Source: an uncultured Chloroflexia bacterium (GTDB lineage Bacteria; Chloroflexota; Limnocylindria; Limnocylindrales; CSP1-4). From it: 64,000 nucleotides of DNA. Within the stretch, counting starts at the first letter, position 1. Each line of letters opens with the position of its first letter. Location: positions 192,001 to 256,000 of the forward strand of contig CAWEZH010000002.1 of assembly GCA_963813535.1 (NCBI GenBank). Direction: 5' to 3'. The translations under genes were made by a program, and so were the position numbers. Shown here piece by piece: positions 20,493 through 31,784 of the stretch. The notes beneath the pieces were generated by a model, which was not told the origin of the DNA, did not search any database, and worked only from the letters and a program-made list of their open reading frames with translations.

Positions 20493-23400
20493 TCAGTGGG
20501 CCTGGACCTCCGCCCAGGTCAGCGGGGTCGATGGGTTCACGTCGTGGCTGCCGCCGGATTGCTCGAACCCGAGGTTCCAGAACAGCGCCCCGTCCGATCC
20601 GTACGTGGTCTGCTCGTCGTACAGCCAGGCGTAGTAGTCGGCACGGGTCGCGTCACCGACCGACTGTTGCCAGCCGAATTCCTCTGTGAACCATGGTTTG
20701 TTCAGGCTCCCCGCGAGCGGACCGTAGGTTGGCGTCTGGTGGTCGATCGGCGTGCCGTCCGACGCGTACTGCGGCGGGTAGGTGTGCAGCGACGGCAGCG
20801 TGTTGTCGGCGAGGGCGAAGATCGCCTCGCCGTCGATGCCCGACGAGCCGCCGTACAGCTGCTGCCAATCGAGGTGGATGAGCCCGCCCGTCGAGCGCAG
20901 GTGGTTCGGGTCGATCGATGCGAGATAGCCGAGTGTCCGCTCATAGAAGTCGGTCAGGCCGGCCGTCGACGTCGCTTTGCCGCATTCCTCGGAGGCTGGC
21001 GGCAGCGGCTCGCCAGCGATCGATATGACCGCGATCGTCGCGTCGTCGCGATAGCGGACGCCGTTCACCGAGTTGATCCGGCCGATGACGAAGTCGAGGA
21101 ACGCCTCCCACTCCGCCTCGAGGCCGGGGCGGTATGGATCGATCGTCGTGTAATCCACTGGCGATCGATTCGCGCCCGGCTGACACGCCGATACCCACCC
21201 GTTCGCCCGGATGTCGCGGTTGACGAGGTGGTTGCGGAAGGCGGAGAGGTCGAGCACGACGCGCATGCCGGCTCCGCGCGCTCGGGCGAGCAGCTGGTCG
21301 ACCCGTTGCCAGTTCGCCGCGACGGTGGGTGCCCCAGCACTCGTGCCATCCTCGACGAACGGGTTGACGATCCGTAGCGAGTTGAGTCCGGCTTCGGTGG
21401 CGAGGGCGACGGTCCGCGCGGGCGGGTTCGGCGCGCCGGGGTTGGAGGTGCCGTAGATGGCCGCCCCGTGGAACCGGAATGGCTGGCCACCGACCGTCAA
21501 CGCGTCGCCCGACGCGATGACGAACGGCATGGCCGTTGCCGTGGTGACCGTGATCGTGCGCGTCACGGCCGGCGCGAGGCTTGTACACCGCGTCGCCGGC
21601 CTGGGCGCCCCGGATCCGGCACGTCCCGGCCTTCTTCAGGGTCACGACGTCGCCACTGACCGTGCAGACGGCGGCCGTCGTCGACGTCAGCGTGACCGGC
21701 AGCCCGGATGACGCGAACGGGGTAAGGACGACCGTCGGGACCAGCATCGACTGCGGGCCAGGGTCGGGGATCGTGATGGTCTGCGCGGCCTTCGCCACCG
21801 TGAACGAGCGGTTGATAGCCGGGGCGGCTGCATAGATCGCGTCGCCGGCCTGTGTCGCGCGGATCGTGCACGTGCCCGCGGCGAGCAGGCTGATGTCGAA
21901 ACCGCTGACGGAGCAGACCGTTGGGGTCGTCGATGCCAGCGTGACCGGCAGGCCGGAGCTGGCGGTCGGAGCCACCGTGATCGGTGACTCGATGAGGGTC
22001 GCGTTCGGCGGCTTCACGAAGGTGATCGACTGGGCGACCTTCGAGACCGTAAACGAGCGGGTCACCGGGTTCGCGGCGCGATAGACGGTGTTACCTGGCT
22101 GCGTCGCCGTGAGCGTGCAGGTCCCAGGCCCGAGCAGCGTCACGGAGAAGCCGCTGACCGTGCAGATGGCCTGCGTAGTCGATGTCAAGGCCACCGGCAG
22201 TCCCGAACTGGCTGTCGGAGCCACGGTCACCGGCGATTGGGCCATGGTCTTGGCGCCCGGGTTGGGGAACGTGATCGTCTGGGTGAGTTGGCTGACGGTG
22301 AATGCGCGGGTGACCGGGTTCGCCGGCCGATAGGTCAGGTTGCCGGGCTGGGTCGCCGTGATCGAGCAGCTGCCGGCGGTCAGGAGCGTGATGACGAATC
22401 CGTCGACCGTGCACACGGCGGTCGTCGTCGAGGTGAGTGTCACCGGCAGACCCGAGCTGGCCGTCGGCGCGACCGTCACCGGCGATTGGGTCAGGTTCTT
22501 GGGACCGGGGTTCGGGAACGTGATCGTCTGGTTCAGTTGCGGTCCGGGTGTGACCGCGTTGGACGGTGCTGATGCGGGCCCGGGGCCGGCGGCGTTGGTC
22601 GCGCGAACCGTGAACGTGTACGAGGTGCCGTTCGTGAGGCCAGTGACGACCGCAGTCGTCGTCGAACCACCGACCGTCGCGGTCATGCCGCCCGGGCTGG
22701 AGGTGACTGTGTACCCGGTGATCGGGCTGCCGCCATCGCTGGCGGGGGCCGTCCACGAGACGCCCGCCTGGGCGTTGCCGCGCACCGCCGTGATGCCCGT
22801 TGGCGCGCCGGGTGCGGTAGCTGTCGGCGCGGAGCCGACGGTCCAGCTGCTGGCCGCGCTGCTGAGCACGGTGATCCGGGCGTCGCCTTGATTCGCGCCG
22901 CCCGATAGGGTCTCTCGTAGGCTCACGCATGGGTTCGGTGTCGCCGGGTCGTCGGCACCGCTCGTCGTGCATGGGCTGACCGGGACGCCGTTCCGGAATA
23001 CCGCGACGGTCGTGGCGGTCAGATCGGGGTCGACCGATGTGAGCGTCGCCTGGTCGATCGTGAACACAACGGTGAGCGGGTTGGCCGTGTTTGCGGCCGG
23101 TGCGGTGATGTCGAGCTGCGTGCCGATGAACGTGTAGCCCGAGCCGGATGGTGGCGGACCTGGTGGATCAACCTCGGTGATCGTGATCGGGCCGGGGTTC
23201 GGACTGGTCACGCTGACCGTGACTTGCTGCTGCGCGGTCGCCGCGCCGGTCGGCCGGATCTTGAGTGCGATGTCGCGGGTGAACGCCGGGAGGGCGACGG
23301 TCAGCGTCCCGCCGTTGGCGACGGCGAGTCGGGAGTCGTCCATCGGCGCCACGCCCCACGGGTCGTGCACCTCGATCCGGTAGGTCCCGTTCGCGAAGCC

Positions 23401-26400
23401 GCCGATGCCGATCGACGCGCCGCTGATGGTTCGGCCGGTCTGGTCGCCCGGTCCGACGCCGCTGCCGTACTCGTTCTGGGCGTCACGGATCCAGGCGAAG
23501 CCGTGGCTCCCGTCATCGAGACCGAGCGCGATGACACTGGCCGGAGCGCTGATGGTCGACGTTGTCGAGGCCCATACCCGCGAGGTCCTCGCCGGCGAAG
23601 AAGTCACGCAACGGCGGGTTGATGCGCTCGTTCAGCGGGAACTCGGGCGCGTTTCGATGCTTGCTTGGCTCGTTGCGGATGTAGTTGCCCCACCACCAGG
23701 ACATGGCCCCGGATCCCGACATGGCCGACGCCCACGCCGAGTTGTGCAGGGCGGTCCCTTGGACGAGATGGGCGATGCGATCGGGCGAAAGGCCGGACGT
23801 GGTCGGGTCGAAGCCGGGCTCAGGATCGCCCTGGAGCCCGAACTCGCCGATGATCACCGGCTTGTCATAGGTCGCATTCAGGTCCACGGCATAGCCGCGG
23901 AACCGCTGGTCACGTCCGCTGAGCGCGCCGTAGTCGTGGACTTGGACGAGGTCGATGTTCGGATCCGCCCAGATCGCCTGGGCGCTCGTATCGATGTCCG
24001 AGCTCGTGGTGATCAGGTGGTCATAGGGGTCGAGTGACCGCAGGTACGCGGCCATCTCGGCGTGCCAGGCGACGAGGTCGTCCCGGACTTGCTGGCTGCC
24101 GAACGGGTTCTTGTCGGATCGCCCGATGAACTGCGTCTCGTTGAACAGCTCCCACGCCAGGATGTCGCGGTACGCACCGTAGCGGGCCACGAGGTAGCGA
24201 AGCCGGTGCTTGAAGAGCTGCTTCGCAGTCGGGTCGCTGAAGAATGCGGCCGGGTCGTCAGCCGGTACGGGTCCACCGTTGTCGGCGTTGTAGGGGTTGC
24301 CGTCCCAGCGCGGGTTGACCCAACTGCTGAACTGCCCGTGGTCGTTGAGGACGAGCTGGATCTCGAGGCCGTATTGCTCGGCGAGATCGAGGATCTGCTC
24401 CACTCGGAAAGCCGGGATGTCGCCGTACCGCCCGACCCCCTGGTACTGCCCCGAGAAGTGGCTGGCCGACCACTCCAGCGTCGTGATGTAGAAGTCGGTC
24501 ATCCAGACGCGGGCCCAGTTCTGGCCAGCCGCCTGCATCGACTGGAAGTGGGGTTCGTAGTAGTGGCTGCCGTCGTTGAATGGGTTGCCGTCACCGAACG
24601 CCACGTTCTGGCCCATCGGGTAGTAGGGCGTCCCGTCGCTGTAGCGCAGGAATCGATCGTCACGCGGGTCGCGCTCGATCTGACCCTTGGCCGACGACGC
24701 GGTCACCGCGAACGTCAGCTGGGCCGAGACCTTGGTCGAGGTCTGGCCGGGTCGTTTGTCCTGGGCACGCAGCGTGTACCGCCACGTGCCGGTCTCGTCC
24801 GGCGAGAACCGTGCGTGCCAGACACCCGACTCCGTCCCGGCCACCGGGTCGTACAGCTCCGATCCGCCGATTCCGGTCCCGGGTCTGAGCGTGTAGTCGG
24901 TACCGAAGAACGCCGGCACGGTGTAGGAGGCTCCGCTGGGCGCCCGGAACGTCGCCGTGACGTCGATGACCGCGGGATCGTGGACCTCGTCCGCGGCATA
25001 CGATCGGTTGAGGGTGAACTCCTTCTCGAACCGCCCGTACGTGGCGACGCTGGCTGCGGCCGGCCGGCTCGTGTCGATCGTCAGACCAGGTGTCGGCGGC
25101 GGGACGTTCGTCGGGACGAGGAGCAGGGCGCGATCTTGGAATCCGGCTGTCTGCCCTCTTGCCAGGATCGTCCCATCGTCTGCGATCTCGACGGCGACCG
25201 AGATGACGGCCTCATAGCCCGACGGGATCTTCGTGGTGAGGTCGACGAGCTGCCCATCCGTGAACAGGTACCCACGGATCGAGGTTTCCGTACTCGCGTA
25301 GCCCACGACATCACCGGGTTCGTTGATGTCCATGGATGTGGCGAACGTGCCGCCCATCCCCGGGATCAGCGAGAACGTCGCGTCCTCGTACATGAATGCG
25401 CGGCGATCCCCTGAGCCGTCGACATAGGAACCGGCGATCGCTCCCCCCTCATTGATGGCGATGCCCTCGCTCAGAGTCGAACCGGGAGGGGCGACGCTCG
25501 TGATCGTTCCGTTGGAGTAGCGGAAGGCATGGTTCGCCTGCGTCGGCGTCGACGAGGTACCGACTATCTCCCCGGATCCGTTGATGTCGAAGGGTGCGGT
25601 GAGCGACCCCGCCGAGGCTGCCGAGATCAGTGGTCGTCGTCCCGTCGGACACAAACCCACGGAACGTGCCGTTCGTCGGGGAATAGTTGCCGATGACGGT
25701 CCCCGATTCGTTGACGTCCGTGGCGATCGAGCTAACGCCCCCAAGGGTGTGGAGATCCCTCATGGCACCGTCGCGGTAGAGGAAGGCATGTCGTGCACCA
25801 CCGGAGGCGTCCGCCACGCCGACGACGTCGCCAGCGTCATTCAGGTCCTGCGCGAAGCTCGTCGGACCTCCCAATGTGCCCAAGGGGTGGACGGTCCCGT
25901 CGTATGTGAATGCCCCCAGACCGCCGCCGGTGTTCTGATTGCCGGCCACGGTGCCGTTGTCGTTGATGGCGACGCCGTAGGACTCCGTGAAGCCCGAGAA
26001 GATGTACGACGCCGTCGTCCCGTCGTAGACCCACGCGCGCCCGCTGCTGTTCCCCGTGACCTGGCGAGAGGCGTTCATGTCGGCCGGCGAGATATCGCCA
26101 CCCCCGGCATCGACGGCGCCCGCGATATCGATCACGTCGTAGTCGGCCGAGGGCCGAGTACCAGGCACGAGCAGGATGGCCTGGCCATTCCGGCCGAATC
26201 CGAGGATGTGCCCCGAGTCGGAGATCGCCTGGGCGTTCTCGACTTCCACGGAATGCGGAGGCAGTAGGTCATTGATGTCGTACATGACGCCGTCGTCGAT
26301 GACGAAGCCGTGCAGGTGGGTCGCGTCGATGTAGGACGAGCCGACGATCTGGCCTTGCTCGTTGATCCCCGCGGCGAACGATTCATTGCCGCCTGGCAGG

Positions 26401-27317
26401 GTCCCAAGGTCGATCAGGCCGGATCCGTCCCATCGAGCGGCACGGAACTTGCCGGCCGAGTTCTGCGCCGACACGACCACTCCGCCGGCGTCGTTCAGTG
26501 CAGCGCCACTCGTCCAGTTCCCGCCCGGCAGCGTGCCGAGGTCCGTCGCCGACGTCCCGTCCCAGAGGACGGCGCGGTTCGTGTTGGGAGGGATGGTGAC
26601 CGAGCCGAGGACGTGACCTGCCTCATTCATGTCGACGACGCTTGCCGAGGAGAAGGCCCCACCGCCGATGTCCTGGGGCACGCCGTTCTGCCAGGCGACG
26701 AGATGCATGTTCCCGTCGGTGCCTCGCGCGCTGCCGGCGATCAGCCCGGCATTGTTGATCTTGGTGGCGTTCTCGTAGTCGCCCCCGAAGCTGGCGAGTG
26801 GCGTCGTCTCGGTCCCGTCGTTCGTCCACGATCGACTCTCGCCGTTGGCAAGGAACGACGTACCGACGACCGTCGTCCCGGCGTCATCGATGTCGTAGGC
26901 GACGTCACCGGCTGTCCCTTCCAGACCTGCGACTGGCGTGGCCGTGGTCCCGTCGACCCGCACGGCGTGCAGTGGATCGCTACCGGTGAAACCGACCATC
27001 GAGCCCGCCGAGTTGATCGCGAACGGCGTGCCGCCGCCCGCGGCGGGGATCTTCTGGATCGTCGTGCCGTTGACGCGAGCGAAGCCCTGGTTCCCCTGGT
27101 TCGTCACGCCAAACTGCCCCGCGACCACGCCGCTCTCGTTGAGCGCGGTCGAACCGGTGATGCCATGGACGAGTCCGAGGGCGATCGCGTAGTAGGGGGG
27201 CGGCGTCGCCGCCTTCACCGGGCTCGCAGCCGGCGTGACGGTCAGGACCGTCAACGCGGAAAGCGTCGTACTGAGCAGGGCGACCAACCACAGCGGTGCG
27301 CGCTCGCGACCAGACAT
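20493..27317 (-). CDS. Giant secreted multi-domain glycoside hydrolase (HAF repeats, DUF5060-like, GH5-like barrel, FN3, four Ig-like repeats, second GH5-like barrel); frameshifts near 25610, 23540 and 21570
   Basis: Signal peptide; repeated DLGTLPGG/AxxINxxG/HAF motifs; WHARFSPDETGTWRY; AWELFNE...IGEFG; APGAPT..VSWTAPASDGGSPITGY; IAGEP...FTEEFG. Confidence 0.8.
21560..22532 (-). repeat. Four tandem 249-bp (83-aa) Ig-like repeats within the giant hydrolase
   Basis: QTITF/QSITF/QTITI units near 22520, 22271, 22022 and 21773, each with ASSGLPV.L.STT..C.V.G...GxC. Confidence 0.9.
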
Positions 27318-27464
27318 CGTCCCCTCCGTCAACCCGATGCAGTCGTGCGTATGCGTGGCGCAATCGCGCGCCCGCAGTTGCGGCATTGTGCGCCCCCGGC
27401 GCAACCCCGATCTGGTGGATCCGCGGCGACTCGACGAGGCGCTTCTAGACCTTCGGTGGTCGGG

Positions 27465-29013
27465 TCAGCCTGCGCCGGTTCCTCGAGCCTCGGATCGCCT
27501 CAGGTAGAGCACGGCCGGGCCGTCGTCGAACGGTGCCGTGAACGCGATGGAGCCCGTTTGATCGACAGTCACCGCCTCGGCCGAATCGGTCTGTCGTGCC
27601 GTGACGCTGAACCACTCGACGTCGTACGAGCCGGGCTCGAGCCGGACCGTGAACGGCTCACCGTCACCGGTCGGCTCGAGGACGAGGTACTCGCTTCCGG
27701 GGGAGGCAATGGCGAAACCGGTCGACGCCAGTTCGCCACTTGGCTCCATCGCGATGAGGTCCATCCACTCCGCGTACCGCCGTGTGTCGCCCATGGCGTA
27801 CCTCGCGGCCTCGAACGCCGCGAATGGCGACGATCCAGCGACGGCGGCCTCGCCATCGGGCGCATCGAACACGCCCATCAACCCAAAGTCCATGAGGATC
27901 GGGTGGTGGCCGCGGAGGAACGACTTCCAGGCCCACAGCGCGTCGCCCTGGCCCGGGGCGTAGTGGTCGGTGTCGGTGATGATGACCTTGGCGCCGTCGG
28001 CCGGCGGCGGATCGTCGAACCATCGCGACGGCGGCGAGCCGGGTGCCGCGGGATGACCGCCATCCTTGAACTTCTCGTCGTCGTAGCCCGGTGAGATCCA
28101 CTCGGCTCGACTCTTGAGCAACGGCTCGTTGACTCTGCGTCTGGTCGGCGACCGGGAACTGCATCGTCATCCCATGGGGTGCGCGTCATAGCCGACGTTC
28201 GGCCTCGTGTCGCTTCACGACATCGATCACCCAGTACTGCCACTGGGTCGAGTCGCCCCAGACCGGCGGCTCGTCCATGCCGAGGAAGCCTGCGAACTCC
28301 TTGTCCACCTGACCGTCGCCGGAGGACTCGTTCGCCACCTCCCAGAGCACATTGGGCAGGTCGTGCAGCGTGTCGACGACCTTCCTGATGTACGCCTCCT
28401 CGATCGACGAGATCCTCGGGTCGAGCGGGAGGACCTGCAGGTCATCGATCGACGTCGCCGCGATCCCATTCGTGTTGTTGCGGGAATGGAACGGGTGGCC
28501 CTCGATGTGGTCCGGCGACGGGCTCAGATGGAGCGCCCACCCGTCGAAGAGGAGCACGCCGACGTAGATCCCGGCATCACGGGCTTCCTCGACCCGTTCG
28601 CGCAGTCGGCTGAAATACGCCGGATCGAACTGGTCGAGGTCGAACCGCGGCTTCCCATCCTTCGCCGTTCCGGGGCCTGTACGTGCCCACGGCTGCGGCG
28701 CCATATTCAGGTGGTACTCGCCGGCGGCGGCTTGCGAGCGGAACTGCTCCCAGCGCCACAGGCGGATGAAGTTGTGCCCGCGCTCGTCGAGGAAGCGCAG
28801 GTACGCGTCGAAATCGAAGCGTTCGGGCTCGGCTGGGCCCTCGGCGCCCGGACCCATGCCGTCCTGGAGGTTGTTCCAGATGTGCGACCCGGTCAGGTAG
28901 ACCGCGCGTCCGGTCGGATCCCCGGCGTGGGTGAAGTAGCGAGGGTTCGTCGCCGAGACCGTCAGCGGACCGGCCATGGTGGTGGGAGCGGTCAGCGTCG
29001 AAGAGGTCGTCAT
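27465..29013 (-). CDS. DUF6298-like putative glycoside hydrolase (frameshift near 28150-28190)
   Basis: NPRYF..YLTGSHIWNNLQD, HNFIRLW, LWEVANE, KVIITDTDH, WKSFLRG; no signal peptide. Confidence 0.7.
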
Positions 29014-29109
29014 AGCACGTCCTTTCCGCCCAATTCTCCCTCCATGACCCGTCGCATGCCTTGCATCGACCTTACGACGGAGGACTGCCGGGCCACGACG
29101 CCACGTCAG

Positions 29110-30132
29110 TTACGACGCTGAGCCGGCGCCGAGCGCGAGGTCGATCGCCTGTTTCGTCGGCATCGACGCGCCGGTGGTGCGGGCTCGTTCGAATGCCTCC
29201 GAGCCCATCGACTCCGGAAGGACCTCCAGCAGGTGCTCGTAGTGCGGCCGCTCATCGGGCGGCCAGGCCATGTGCTGCGCCTCCATCTGTGCCTCGGCGG
29301 CCCCGACCAGGGTCGCGGCTCGGTCGAACTCGCCGCGCTCCGTGGCGATCGACGCGAGCCCGCTGAACGCGAACGGCGTGATGAATCGATCGCCGATGGC
29401 CTCGCTGATCCCGAGGGCATCGCGCGTGAGTGACTCCGCCGCATCGAGGTTGCCAAGCTGGCGTTCGACCATCGCGAGGTTCGCCGCTTCCGAAGCGATC
29501 AGGAACTGGTTGCCCTCCCGGCGCACGAGCGCCAGTCGCTGCGTCATCCAGTCGCGTGCCTCGGGTAGGTCGCCGGCGATCTGGGCACCGACGCCGAGGA
29601 GGTGCAAGGCATTCGATCGGCCCGCTTCATCGGACGCGGCATCGCTCACGTCGAGCGCCTCGCGCGCGATCCGGCGCCCCTCGGCGACATCCGTCCGCAG
29701 GGCGACTCTTGAGAGCCCGCCCAGCGCCTGCGAGGTCATCGGTGCGTCCCCGAGTGCCCGGGCGGCCTCGAGACCGAGCGTGAAGAGCTCGGCGGCGCGC
29801 TCGTCCTGGCCCATCCAGAACGGCATGAAGCCGGCATTGATCAGGGCCTGGCCGCGGATATGGTCGACACCGCCGGGGGAGGCGAGGGCTCGATCGAACC
29901 ACAGCGCACCGTCCTCGAACCGCTGCTTCGTGATCCAGAACCGGTAGAGCGCGTTGGCCATGCGGCGGGCGTCGTCGGCGCGGTCGTGGTCGATGAACCA
30001 TTCGAGTGCGGCGACGAGCTCGTCGTAGTCGCGCTCGAGCTGTTCGAGCGCAGTCTTGGGGTCCGGCCCACGTGAGGCCGAGCCGGCGTCCTCGGCGCGT
30101 GTCAGGAGGTTTTCGGCGGTGGGCGCATCCAT
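29110..30132 (-). CDS. Tetratricopeptide-repeat protein resembling the C-terminal sensor part of STAND/LuxR regulators
   Basis: LERDYDELVAALEW, ALYRFW, repeated helical hairpins, RAATLVGAA..AFERARTTG. Confidence 0.7.
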   Translation of the reverse strand: MDAPTAENLLTRAEDAGSASRGPDPKTALEQLERDYDELVAALEWFIDHDRADDARRMANALYRFWITKQRFEDGALWFDRALASPGGVDHIRGQALINAGFMPFWMGQDERAAELFTLGLEAARALGDAPMTSQALGGLSRVALRTDVAEGRRIAREALDVSDAASDEAGRSNALHLLGVGAQIAGDLPEARDWMTQRLALVRREGNQFLIASEAANLAMVERQLGNLDAAESLTRDALGISEAIGDRFITPFAFSGLASIATERGEFDRAATLVGAAEAQMEAQHMAWPPDERPHYEHLLEVLPESMGSEAFERARTTGASMPTKQAIDLALGAGSAS

Positions 30133-30189
30133 CCTGGCGATGGTAGGCGTCGGCGACCGCGTGATATGGACGAGACGCGACACATGGAG

Positions 30190-30223
30190 CCAGCTAGCAA
30201 GGTAGCAACTAAGCTGGTATGGT
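30190..30223 (+). promoter_or_regulatory. TA operon operator/promoter
   Basis: CCAGCT...AGCTGG inverted repeat with two internal TAGCAA copies, then -10 TATGGT 7 nt before ATG 30231. Confidence 0.6.
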
Positions 30224-30230
30224 TGCCGGC

Positions 30231-30482
30231 ATGAAGGTGACGATCGATATCGATCCGGATCTGTACCGCGCGATCAAGGTCGAGGCAGCTCGATCGGACG
30301 AGAACGTTCGCGAGCTCGTCGGGAAGGCGCTAGAGGCGCTGCTCGCAGAGCGCGAGATCATCGAGGACCGGGCATCCGCCGACGAGGCCTTGGCCGAATA
30401 TCGGCGCGACGGGGGTGAGGCCGCGGAATCGTTCTTCGAGTCCTTGGCCGCGGAGACGAAGGCGACCTACGGCGATCGGTGA
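30231..30482 (+). CDS. Antitoxin (ribbon-helix-helix type)
   Basis: MKVTIDIDPDLYRAIKVEAA; acidic C-terminus; GTGA overlap with the toxin. Confidence 0.75.
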   Translation: MKVTIDIDPDLYRAIKVEAARSDENVRELVGKALEALLAEREIIEDRASADEALAEYRRDGGEAAESFFESLAAETKATYGDR

Positions 30483-30751
30483 CCGAACGTCGATATCGGG
30501 TCGAGATCTCGCCCGCCGCGGGGCGGCAGCTTCGTCGATTGCCCCCCGGGGATGCGGCCCGTCTTCGGGCGCCGATCCTGGCCCTCGCGATCGACCCGCG
30601 ACCGCCGGGCTCGGCCAAGGTGCGTGACAGCGAGTTCTGGCGGGTTCGCACCGGCCAGCTCCGCGTCATCTATGCCATCGACGATGCCGAGCGGCTCGTC
30701 GTCGTCCTGCGTGTAGCCCGTCGATCCGAGGGGACCTACCGACACACCTGA
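30479..30751 (+). CDS. relE: RelE/ParE family toxin
   Basis: YRVEISPAAGRQLRRL..DPRPPG..WRVRTGQLRVIYAIDD..VVVLRVARR. Confidence 0.85.
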   Translation: MTERRYRVEISPAAGRQLRRLPPGDAARLRAPILALAIDPRPPGSAKVRDSEFWRVRTGQLRVIYAIDDAERLVVVLRVARRSEGTYRHT

Positions 30752-30905
30752 TCGAGGGTCGCTGGCAAAGGACGCCCGACCCGTCCCATCGAAAACGTAC
30801 CTTCGACGAGCGCGGATATCGACCTTTGTCGCGGCGATTTCGAGCTCGTCTGGCGTCGAATGGGCAGTGGCGGAATGACCGCCGCCGTCCACGGAGATAC
30901 CGACA

Positions 30906-31661
30906 ATGCACAAGCTCGTTTTCGCGGCCTCGCTGGTGGCCGTGCTCGTCCTCGCCGCGTGTGGATCGCCCACGCCGCCACCCAGCCAGCCGGCCGACGT
31001 GCCGCCGAGCCAGCCCGCCGTCTCGGCGCCGCCGGTCTCACCGGCGCCGTCGACCCCGACCGATCCCGCCACGCCGGATCCGGCTGATCCGACGGCCGAG
31101 CCGCCGGTCGCCACGCCCGCCCCGACGGTGCGCCCGACTCCCAAGCCGACGCCGCGCCCGACCGAGCCGGTGTTCACGCGGGCCGAGCGCTACCTGATCG
31201 ACGGCATCATGCGTGGAGAGGGTGACTGCTCGCCCGTGCGTGGTAGTCGCCTGCCGGGCGAGGCCATCGCAGGGATCGACTGCGACCTCATCGGATCGCC
31301 CGTCGCCCGTGTCGGCTACTACCTCTTCCGGAGCGACGACGCCATGCTCGACGCGTACTTGGCCCGGGTCGACGCCGAGGGTCTCGTACTCGAGAGCGGC
31401 GCCTGCGCTCCGGGCGAGGGCGAGTCCGGCTACGTCCCGTGGGACGAGGCCGATGGGCTGGCCCCCTACCGACATGCGTGCTTCGTCAACCAGGACGGCT
31501 ACGGCAACTATCGCGTCACCCTGCCCGGTGCCCACGTCTATGTCGGACTGCTCTCTCGATCAGAGTCGATGAGCAAGCTGTCTGACTGGGCGTTCTTCGG
31601 GAGCGTGGATACGCCGGGCTTCCCGACCATGTGGTCCCAGGGCTTCGTGTACCGACCCTAA
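30906..31661 (+). CDS. Lipoprotein with Pro-rich linker and Cys-containing domain
   Basis: Lipobox LVLAAC; PT-rich linker; four Cys in the C-terminal domain. Confidence 0.75.
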   Translation: MHKLVFAASLVAVLVLAACGSPTPPPSQPADVPPSQPAVSAPPVSPAPSTPTDPATPDPADPTAEPPVATPAPTVRPTPKPTPRPTEPVFTRAERYLIDGIMRGEGDCSPVRGSRLPGEAIAGIDCDLIGSPVARVGYYLFRSDDAMLDAYLARVDAEGLVLESGACAPGEGESGYVPWDEADGLAPYRHACFVNQDGYGNYRVTLPGAHVYVGLLSRSESMSKLSDWAFFGSVDTPGFPTMWSQGFVYRP

Positions 31662-31682
31662 GGCCAGCCTCGTGGCGTACGG

Positions 31683-31708
31683 GCCCATCAACCGTTCGGT
31701 TGATGGGC
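31683..31708. promoter_or_regulatory. Perfect 12-bp inverted repeat upstream of the ABC/TCS operon (candidate response-regulator operator or terminator)
   Basis: gcccatcaaccg-tt-cggttgatgggc. Confidence 0.55.
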
Positions 31709-31784
31709 TCACCCACCGAACAGGGCTCTGGAAGTGACCGTGCCGCCGATGTGTCAGCGGGGGTCGTGAGCCCATCCTCGAGGC

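Noticed and set aside
30780-30860. Short similarities between intergenic regions (tcgaaa(a)tcgccgc at 3660 and 30830; gacctttgtcg at 30821 and 38418)
   Set aside because: Matches of 11-13 bp without a consistent structure could arise by chance
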